Origin: Candidatus Omnitrophota bacterium
GTDB lineage: Bacteria; Omnitrophota; Gorgyraeia; JACQQV01
Assembly (NCBI GenBank): GCA_016206785.1
Contig: JACQQV010000048.1
Coordinates: 65,889-129,888 of the forward strand
Direction: 5' to 3'
DNA length: 64,000 bases
The notes beneath the pieces were generated by a model. It did not search any database and was not told the origin of the DNA. It worked only from the letters and a program-made list of their open reading frames with translations. Shown piece by piece: positions 56,965 to 64,000 of the stretch (the stretch's first letter is position 1; every line of letters starts with the position of its first letter). Made by a program: the position numbers and the translations under genes.

Positions 56965-58218
56965 ATGAAAAATGTACTGGCCATTATCTTAGGGGGAGGG
57001 CGTGGGGCGAGGCTTCTGCCTCTTACGAAGTACCGTGCCAAACCTGCAGTCCCCATCGCCGGAAAATACCGCTTGATTGACATCCCGATCAGCAATTGTC
57101 TTAATTCCGGCTTCAACAAGATCTATATTCTCACCCAATTCCTCTCCGAATCCCTCAACAAGCATATCTCTCGGACCTATAAGCTGGACAGTTTTTCACA
57201 TGGCTTTGTGGAAATCATTGCGGCGGAACAGTCGATGGAAAAGACAGACTGGTTCCAAGGAACGGCCGATGCGGTTCGTCAGAGTCTTAAACATTTTACA
57301 GATCCCCGATTTGAATATTTTCTCATCCTTTCCGGGGACCAGCTCTACGCGATTGACTTGCGGGAGGTCATGAAAACGCACCTCGAAAAGGGGGCGGAGG
57401 TGACGGTCTGCTGCAAACCGATACCGGCTGAGGAGGTTGCCCAGTTAGGGGTGATGAAGGTCAATCGGGAGGACCGCATCACCCATTTTGTGGAGAAGCC
57501 CCAGGATCCTAAACTCCTCCAGGAGATGTCGTTTGTGAAGGGGGGACGAAAGTTCGCGCTGGCCTCCATGGGGATTTATGTGTTCAACAGGGGGGTCCTG
57601 AAAGAACTTTTGACCACCAATGACAAGACAGATTTTGGCAGAGGGATTATCCCAGATGCCATTCCGGCGCGAAAAGTGTATGCCCACCTTTTTGAAGGCT
57701 ATTGGATCGATATCGGAACCATTAAAACCTATTATGAAGCGAGTTTAAGCCTCACCTCCAAAAATCCCCCCATCAACCTTTATAACGAAGAGTGGCCTTA
57801 CTATACGCGCGGTCGATCCCTTCCGATTTCGCGGCTTGACCAAAGTCACATCGAATGTTCCGTGGTGGCCGACGGTTCCCTTATTGAGGGGGCAGAGATT
57901 CGTCATTCTGTCATTGGGCTTCGAAGCGCCATTGGTGCTGGGACAAGAATTGAATCTTCCATCCTCATGGGAAACGATTATTTCGAAGACGGCCTCTCCC
58001 ACGAAAAGAACCAAAAAGAAGGGATTCCCGACCTCGGTATCGGGAAAAATTGCCTGATCCAGAAAGCGATTATCGACAAGAATGTGCGGATCGGCGACAA
58101 CGTCAAAATTATAAATCCACAGGGGAAAACCCACTTTGAAGGACCCTATTTCATGATTCAGGATGGGATTACGGTCGTTGAAAAGAATGCCGTGATCCCT
58201 TCTGGGACCACGCTTTGA
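56965..58218 (+). CDS. glgC: Glucose-1-phosphate adenylyltransferase
   Basis: GGGRG.RL.PLT..RAKPAVP, WFQGTADAVR, SGDQ, EKP, SMGIY, DFG. Confidence 0.97.
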   Translation: MKNVLAIILGGGRGARLLPLTKYRAKPAVPIAGKYRLIDIPISNCLNSGFNKIYILTQFLSESLNKHISRTYKLDSFSHGFVEIIAAEQSMEKTDWFQGTADAVRQSLKHFTDPRFEYFLILSGDQLYAIDLREVMKTHLEKGAEVTVCCKPIPAEEVAQLGVMKVNREDRITHFVEKPQDPKLLQEMSFVKGGRKFALASMGIYVFNRGVLKELLTTNDKTDFGRGIIPDAIPARKVYAHLFEGYWIDIGTIKTYYEASLSLTSKNPPINLYNEEWPYYTRGRSLPISRLDQSHIECSVVADGSLIEGAEIRHSVIGLRSAIGAGTRIESSILMGNDYFEDGLSHEKNQKEGIPDLGIGKNCLIQKAIIDKNVRIGDNVKIINPQGKTHFEGPYFMIQDGITVVEKNAVIPSGTTL

Positions 58219-58236
58219 ATTCAAAACCCAATAGGA

Positions 58237-59856
58237 ATGTTTCCCCATCGCTTTGCGCCGGTTGAGGCGCTCCCAGCAAAACCAGAATCTCCCAGGACGA
58301 AACCTCTTTTGATCACAAAAGACCGACACCTTCTTCAGGGAAAGTTTCTGAAGGATGCGGCTGGGTTTTGTGGCAAGCCTGAGGGAATGGCGGTTCCTTC
58401 AAGTGAGGCGCAAGTCGTTACTCTTCTTGAGAAAGCGAATCACGACAGAATCCCGTTGGTTGTCGTGGGTGGGGGCACGGCATTGACGGGGGCGGGTATA
58501 GCCCATAAAGGGATTGTGGTCAGTACCGACCGTCTCAATCGCTTCCTTCGGATCAAGAAAAGACAAGACGGTTCCGGAGTTGCGGTGATTGAACCGGGGG
58601 TTCCTCTGGGGGAATTCTTGAACAAGGTAAAGGAAAAGAAGCTCTTTTATCTTCCAGGCCCCACAGACAAAAGGGCTTTCTTCGGAGGAATGGTGAATAC
58701 GAATGCGGCCGGCGCGCCCTCCTTTAGATACGGAAGGACCGGAACGTGGGTGCAAAGACTCCGGGTCGTCCTTCCCATCCCCAATCGAAAAGGAGACATC
58801 TCTGTTTTGGATCTTGAGCGGGGAAGACATGTTTCAAACCGAAAGGGGGAGTTTGAGATTCTCCTTTTAGGAGGAGAGCGTCTTGTCATCCCCCCTCGGA
58901 CCTACTCCTTTCCGCCTGTGAAACATGCAGGTGGATATGCCTCTGGCTCCTCTTTGGATCTCATCGATCTTTTTATCGGTTCCGAAGGGACTCTGGGCAT
59001 CGTCACGGAAATTGAACTCTCCCTTTTGGATCGGAAGGGGAAAGAGGATCTTCTCAGTGGGTTCGCCTTCTTTCCGACAGTGGATCATGCACTCGCGTTC
59101 ATTCGGCACATTCGGCATTCCCCTTTTCATGCCCTTAGAACCCTTGAATTCTTCGATCGCAATGCCCTTCGTTTTTTAAAAAACTTCTATCCCGAAATTC
59201 CCGGAAGGGGGGAAGCGGCCCTTTTCTTCGAAGAGGAGATCCCTTCCGAAAGGGAGAGAGAAAGAAGGGAAGGATGGGTCCAGCTTCTGAGAAGGTACAG
59301 CGTTTTTCCTGAGAGCGGAGGGGCTTCCTGGTTTGCAGGTTGCGCAGACAAAGAGACTCACGAAAGATTTCAGGAATACCGCCATGCGCTTCCGGTCCAG
59401 GTGAATGCCCTGATGGGGCGTCGAGGCTACAGAAAAATTGGGACCGATTTTGTCATTCCTGAAAAACTCTTCGAATCTTTTACCCGCGGGTTGCTCCAGA
59501 CTCTGGATCACTCCAAAATCCCATTTCTTCTTTGGGTACATGCAGGGGACTGCAATTATCATATCAACTTCCTTCCTGGAAAAAAGTCCCAGGTGCGTCA
59601 GGCTCTTCTTCTCAAGGGGAGAATCGCAAGAAATGTTCTTCTCAAAAAGGGAAGTCTTTCCGGCGAGCATGGTTTCGGTGAGGTGAGACTTGATTGGGAT
59701 GGCAGAAAAAGATTTCTGGCAGAACTTCATTTTGGCCGCAGGGCGCTTCTTCAGATGGCTGAAACCAAACTGGCCCTCGACCCCCATCTGATTCTCAATC
59801 CCGGCAAGGTGATTCCGATGAAATGGCTTCAAGAGGCCAAGAGAGGGAAGAGATGA
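58237..59856 (+). CDS. FAD-linked oxidoreductase (GlcD/D-lactate dehydrogenase family)
   Basis: GGGTALTG, GGMVNTNA.G, GSEGTLG, H.GD.N.H, GEHG, LNPGK. Confidence 0.88.
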   Translation: MFPHRFAPVEALPAKPESPRTKPLLITKDRHLLQGKFLKDAAGFCGKPEGMAVPSSEAQVVTLLEKANHDRIPLVVVGGGTALTGAGIAHKGIVVSTDRLNRFLRIKKRQDGSGVAVIEPGVPLGEFLNKVKEKKLFYLPGPTDKRAFFGGMVNTNAAGAPSFRYGRTGTWVQRLRVVLPIPNRKGDISVLDLERGRHVSNRKGEFEILLLGGERLVIPPRTYSFPPVKHAGGYASGSSLDLIDLFIGSEGTLGIVTEIELSLLDRKGKEDLLSGFAFFPTVDHALAFIRHIRHSPFHALRTLEFFDRNALRFLKNFYPEIPGRGEAALFFEEEIPSERERERREGWVQLLRRYSVFPESGGASWFAGCADKETHERFQEYRHALPVQVNALMGRRGYRKIGTDFVIPEKLFESFTRGLLQTLDHSKIPFLLWVHAGDCNYHINFLPGKKSQVRQALLLKGRIARNVLLKKGSLSGEHGFGEVRLDWDGRKRFLAELHFGRRALLQMAETKLALDPHLILNPGKVIPMKWLQEAKRGKR

Positions 59857-60866
59857 GTCACACGCTGAATGAAATAGAATTGATGGAATATGAGGCCGTG
59901 CGCAAGGGCGTTGGATGGTTTGAATACACTTCGGAGACAGCCTTTGAAATGTCAGGAAAAGATGCCGTCTCTTTCCTCCAGGGAATGGTGTCAAACGATG
60001 TGAAATCGCTTCGGGAAGGGGAGGGGTGTTATGCCGTCTGTCTGACCCCTGTGGGAAAAATGATTGCGGACCTTAGGATCTACTCTCTTTCAGACCGCCT
60101 CGTTATCCTTCTTTCCAAAGCAAAAAAGGAGGAAATGTTAGTTCATTTTGACAAATTCATTTTTTTGGAAGAGGTCGCCTTTAACGATCTCGAGAAGAAG
60201 ATGTCCCTCCTCTCTCTCCAAGGTCCTCTTTCTGCAAAGTTGATGGAGGCACTGTCCGGTGAAAGTCTTTCTTGGACACTTCACCATCACGAATCCCTTG
60301 AGGTACAAGGAATCATCGTGAGGGCCTTTGCAACCTCCCATACCGGCGAGAAAGGGTATGATCTTCTTCTTCCTCACCAAGACATTTTCCGCTTTTCTCG
60401 CCTCCTTGAAGAGAAAGGAGGCCCTTATGGCCTTCGAGAAATTAGTGCCGAAACCCAAGAAGTGTTGCGCGTTGAGGGAGGCATTCCGCGTTTCGGGAAA
60501 GACATGGACGAGTCGACTATTCCGCTCGAGGCGGGTCTCGAAGAGGCGATCAGTTATACCAAAGGATGTTATACGGGACAAGAAGTCATCGCCCGCATTA
60601 AACATATCGGTCATGTCAACCGGATGTTGGTGGGACTCAAATGCTCAGGGGCTGTATCACGGGGAGACAAGGTTGTTCAAGAGGATAAAGAAGTGGGCGA
60701 GGTGACCAGTTCTTGTTATTCTCCCGCAGCAGGCTCTTATGTGGCCCTCGCCATGGTCCGCCGTGAGGTGGCAAAGCATGAAATCCCCTTGATGGTTCGT
60801 ACACGACAGGGAACGATGCAAACGGTTGTGACACCCCTTCCTTTTTATGGCCGCCCTGACCCCTAG
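59853..60866 (+). CDS. ygfZ: YgfZ/GcvT-family folate-binding protein
   Basis: FLQG..SND, KGCYTGQE signature. Confidence 0.9.
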   Translation: MSHTLNEIELMEYEAVRKGVGWFEYTSETAFEMSGKDAVSFLQGMVSNDVKSLREGEGCYAVCLTPVGKMIADLRIYSLSDRLVILLSKAKKEEMLVHFDKFIFLEEVAFNDLEKKMSLLSLQGPLSAKLMEALSGESLSWTLHHHESLEVQGIIVRAFATSHTGEKGYDLLLPHQDIFRFSRLLEEKGGPYGLREISAETQEVLRVEGGIPRFGKDMDESTIPLEAGLEEAISYTKGCYTGQEVIARIKHIGHVNRMLVGLKCSGAVSRGDKVVQEDKEVGEVTSSCYSPAAGSYVALAMVRREVAKHEIPLMVRTRQGTMQTVVTPLPFYGRPDP

Positions 60867-61473
60867 CCCTTTCTCGCTCATCTTGCTCGACCTGGGAAAC
60901 GTCATCCTTCCTTTTGATCTTCGCATTGCGATGAGAAAGTTCGAAAAGGAATGCGGCATTCCTTCAGAAGAGATTTTCCACAAGCTGATGGGTAGAGAAC
61001 TGGATCGGTCCTTCGAGAACGGAAAAATAACTCCTCAGATGTTCTACGAAAATGTCAAGAAGGAATTGAGGATGGAAATCTCTTACGATCGCTTCGTGAC
61101 GATTTGGAGTGACATCTTCTCGGAAAACGAAAAAGTGAGCGCCCTTGTCCGAATCTTAAAGAGGCGATTCCCCTTGGTCATCGTTTCAAACACCAATCCG
61201 CTTCACTTCGAATTCGTTTTCCGAAACTTCCCCATCGTGAGGGAGATAGGCCAGTTCGTTCTTTCCTACGAGGTGGGGTGTCGAAAACCGGATCCAAAAA
61301 TCTATCAGGCTGCCCTCGATCGCTTCGGTGCGGCACTTCACAAGACGCTTTATATCGATGATCTTGAAAAATTTGTCGAGGCTGGCCGGCAGCTTGGCTT
61401 CTATGGAATCCATTTCACGGGGTCAGATCAACTCGAGAGGGAATTAACCGATCTAGGTCTTCTAATGTCTTGA
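60847..61473 (+). CDS. HAD family phosphatase
   Basis: DLGNV, SNTN..H, S..VG.RKP, YIDD. Confidence 0.9.
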   Translation: MAALTPSPFSLILLDLGNVILPFDLRIAMRKFEKECGIPSEEIFHKLMGRELDRSFENGKITPQMFYENVKKELRMEISYDRFVTIWSDIFSENEKVSALVRILKRRFPLVIVSNTNPLHFEFVFRNFPIVREIGQFVLSYEVGCRKPDPKIYQAALDRFGAALHKTLYIDDLEKFVEAGRQLGFYGIHFTGSDQLERELTDLGLLMS

Positions 61474-62691
61474 CCTCTCTCGAATTTCTCTTTGGAGCAG
61501 CGTGTGTAAGAGAGGGGTGGGGGGAAGACCCTCAATCGGTTTTCCATTGAAGAAAAAGGTCGGCGTGCTCTTAACACCGAGGCGATGGGCCTCCTCAATA
61601 TCTAAAAGAAGTATTTTGTCGGTCTCCGAATCTTCCAAGCACCTTGAAAAATCACTTTGAGTGATTCCCACCTTCTCAGCAAAGGAGGAGAGTTCCTCCG
61701 GCTTTGCCACCTTGGGCGATTCAAACAGGAGGTCATGGTATTCCCAGAATTTTCCATAACGCTGCGCGCAAAGGGCCGCTTTTGCGAGTTGGCATGCCTT
61801 TGCTGCAGAAGGGGAAGGGGAATAGGGATTGCAGGTTTTGTCATGGGGATAATGTTTGTAGATAATCTGGAGCTCGTTCCGGTATTCCGGAAGGAGACGC
61901 TTGAAAACAAAGTAGGCTACCCGACAGTGGCTACAGGTGAAGTCGCTAAAGTCAACGAGAGTGAGTTTTGGAGTGGCACTTCCTTTTGAGGGGGCTCCTT
62001 GGGTTCTGACCTCAAAACGGCCGAGCGTCGCATAATGCTCTAAGAATTTTCGAAGCCTTTCCTTGTCAAACACTTGGTATTTCGCACTGTGGAAAAAAGA
62101 GACCCCGAGCCCCGAAAAAGCGCCGACGGCAAGAAGGAGAAGAACAAGGCGCATGATCATTGTTTTATAATAATCTTCCGAATTTTTCTGAAGATCCTTT
62201 TTCTCCAATACCTTTCCAAATGCTGCCTGAACAGTCTGCACGATCGCCTGTGGGGGAACGCCGAGGCCTTTCCAGCTTAATCCCGCAAGGAGGAAGTTAA
62301 TCCCGTAAGTGAGTCCGCACAGGTTGCAAAAAGAAGAAAGTCTAAAGAAAGAAATTCCGGCAAGGACCAAGGAGGCGAAAAGGCAACCCAGCGAAAGGAG
62401 GCAGAGAAGAGAAAAGAGGAATAGATCTAATGAAACTCCACCAAGGAAAAGACCCACAAAAGCAAGAAGGAAGAGGAGGGCATATGCCACCGCGCCGTAG
62501 GAGGCGATGGGAATGCCAAAGAACTCTGAATAGCTGCTGGTATTGACGGCATCACATCCTTTTTGACAGAGCTTGAAAGAAAGGGATCTACCCAAAGAAA
62601 GGGAATAGTGGAGATGCGAAAGGATAAGAGAAATGGCAAGACCTATGGCAGAGAGAAGAATAAGCCCGATATAGATACGTTTTTTCGACAA
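61462..62691 (-). CDS. VKOR-DsbA fusion thiol:disulfide oxidoreductase
   Basis: VKOR C...C..V..S.YS and CNLC; DsbA DF.CSHC and cis-Pro STPT.F.NG. Confidence 0.9.
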   Translation of the reverse strand: MSKKRIYIGLILLSAIGLAISLILSHLHYSLSLGRSLSFKLCQKGCDAVNTSSYSEFFGIPIASYGAVAYALLFLLAFVGLFLGGVSLDLFLFSLLCLLSLGCLFASLVLAGISFFRLSSFCNLCGLTYGINFLLAGLSWKGLGVPPQAIVQTVQAAFGKVLEKKDLQKNSEDYYKTMIMRLVLLLLAVGAFSGLGVSFFHSAKYQVFDKERLRKFLEHYATLGRFEVRTQGAPSKGSATPKLTLVDFSDFTCSHCRVAYFVFKRLLPEYRNELQIIYKHYPHDKTCNPYSPSPSAAKACQLAKAALCAQRYGKFWEYHDLLFESPKVAKPEELSSFAEKVGITQSDFSRCLEDSETDKILLLDIEEAHRLGVKSTPTFFFNGKPIEGLPPTPLLHTLLQREIRERSRH

Positions 62692-62771
62692 TGCGCTTTC
62701 CCTCGAGTCGACCCCTTCATTGTAACACAGGAGACCGCGTTTTGAAATAAAATTTAAGACCCCTTTTGGAG

Positions 62772-62800
62772 TTGAAGAAAAAACGCTTTTATGATATACT
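62772..62800 (+). promoter_or_regulatory. sigma70 promoter, leaderless type
   Basis: TTGAAG-17 bp-TATACT, 7 nt before ATG 62808; no SD. Confidence 0.65.
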
Positions 62801-62807
62801 CCTTCCT

Positions 62808-63296
62808 ATGAAAACGAAAACGATCTATCTATTGGGTCTTGTGATGGTTTTATTAGGGGCCCTTTCCACTCTTCAATTTACACTTCGTCTACAAGACCTT
62901 TTCCAGATTTATCTCACCCGATACAGTCACCTGTTCGGAAAGGGACTCGTTGGCCGATGCCTTTATCTGGATATGATGATGTTTCTCTATATCGCTTCGC
63001 TCCTCTTTAAAAATCTCTATTATGTCATTGGGGGCTCACTCCTCCTCATCCCCCTTTTCCGTTCTTTCATCGAGTTCGGGAGGGAACTAGGTCTTTTGGC
63101 TTCCGTCATCGCCCTTGTGACGGAGATCAGTTCTCGTCTTCTCTATGTGGGGACAGCATCACCCGATCTCTCTTCCCGGGCTTCGTTTCTGAACGCGGAA
63201 GGTTTTTTCCTATTCCTCATAGGGTTTTCGATGCCCCTCCTGTTTATCTACTTTCTCACCCGTAAAACCCTCATAGAGAATTTAAAAAGCGAATAA
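62808..63296 (+). CDS. Four-TM hypothetical membrane protein
   Basis: Hydrophobic segments, C-terminal YFLTR. Confidence 0.7.
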   Translation: MKTKTIYLLGLVMVLLGALSTLQFTLRLQDLFQIYLTRYSHLFGKGLVGRCLYLDMMMFLYIASLLFKNLYYVIGGSLLLIPLFRSFIEFGRELGLLASVIALVTEISSRLLYVGTASPDLSSRASFLNAEGFFLFLIGFSMPLLFIYFLTRKTLIENLKSE

Positions 63297-63302
63297 AATA
63301 AA

Positions 63303-63470
63303 GTGAAATTCTTTGAGATTAAACAGATTGGCGGAACCCACAAATGGCTTGCCGTTGAACTTTGGGAGGGTGGAGAGGTTCGGGGCCCCTTTCGTTCTGA
63401 GAAGGAAGCCCTAGACAAAGAGCTTTTGCTGGCCCAAGAAAAAGGCTGGTCAGACCTTCAGAAGGTCTAA
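63303..63470 (+). CDS. Small hypothetical protein (55 aa)
   Basis: Read by hand: MKFFEIKQIGGTHKWLAVELWEGGEVRGPFRSEKEALDKELLLAQEKGWSDLQKV; stop abuts msrB ATG. Confidence 0.6.
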   Translation: MKFFEIKQIGGTHKWLAVELWEGGEVRGPFRSEKEALDKELLLAQEKGWSDLQKV

Positions 63471-63989
63471 ATGATCTCACCGTTGGCTAGGATTCTGTGC
63501 GTTATTTTGATTCTCTTACTTTGCCCCATGGTTGCAGGAGAAGGGGGGAAAATTCCCATCTTTGACAGTAGCGCAGGAAGGGAGATCTGGGTGGACAAGG
63601 TGCGAAAAAGTGACGAAGCATGGAAGAGACAATTGACTCCCGAAGCCTATAAGGTGACGAGAAGAAAGGGGACCGAACGGGCCTTTACCGGAAGATACCA
63701 TGACAACAAAGAAAAGGGGATCTATCGCTGTATCGGCTGCGGGATCGACCTGTTCAGTTCCGAGACAAAGTTTGATTCCGGGACCGGCTGGCCTAGTTTC
63801 TTAACTCCGGTCGCCAAACAAAATGTTTCTTATAAGTCCGATTTTACTTTTTTCACAAAACGAACAGAGGTCCTGTGCGCCAGATGCGATGCCCATCTCG
63901 GCCATGTCTTTGACGACGGCCCTCACCCCACCGGAAAACGTTTCTGCATCAACTCCGCCGCTCTCCAGTTCATCAAAAATGAAAAGTAG
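63471..63989 (+). CDS. msrB: Exported peptide-methionine (R)-S-oxide reductase
   Basis: Signal peptide; [37 protein letters not shown]. Confidence 0.96.
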   Translation: MISPLARILCVILILLLCPMVAGEGGKIPIFDSSAGREIWVDKVRKSDEAWKRQLTPEAYKVTRRKGTERAFTGRYHDNKEKGIYRCIGCGIDLFSSETKFDSGTGWPSFLTPVAKQNVSYKSDFTFFTKRTEVLCARCDAHLGHVFDDGPHPTGKRFCINSAALQFIKNEK

Positions 63990-64000
63990 ATGATCCTCAC

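Overview
Gene-dense, nearly all plus-strand bacterial chromosome segment, most likely Candidatus Omnitrophota or another PVC relative (inferred from gene families and repeat style, not a database match). In order: a truncated HTH membrane protein, a type IV pilin and a 992-aa TPR protein; a housekeeping superoperon (polA-glgA-coaE-rho-rpmE-prfA-prmC-murA-rpsP-trmD-rplS-rnhB) running directly into a one-carbon/glycine-cleavage cluster (fhs-fchA-folD-metF-gcvT-gcvH-gcvPA-gcvPB-lipoate ligase), a GATase and panB; an accessory block at ~26-32 kb (HEXXH peptidase, Nudix hydrolase, riboswitch-controlled secreted OB-fold protein, ECF sigma/anti-sigma pair, secreted EreA/ChaN/TraB-like protein); spoVG-yraN-comM, a CCA-adding enzyme, a complete MoxR/Bat operon, era, APS reductase, DinG, a UvrD-nuclease fusion, a cold shock protein, glgC, ygfZ, VKOR-DsbA and msrB. 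No rRNA, tRNA, CRISPR array or transposase was seen. The best finding is a c-di-GMP-I (GEMM)-like riboswitch at ~28.5 kb whose aptamer is split by a 69-nt palindromic insert and has C at the ligand-discriminating position 20; it lies between a consensus promoter and an intrinsic terminator in a leader crowded with REP-like hairpins. Other notable signals: an in-frame heptamer repeat and a near-consensus promoter inside prmC, a probably monofunctional FolD paired with FchA, several leaderless-type promoters, and a structured csp 5' UTR.
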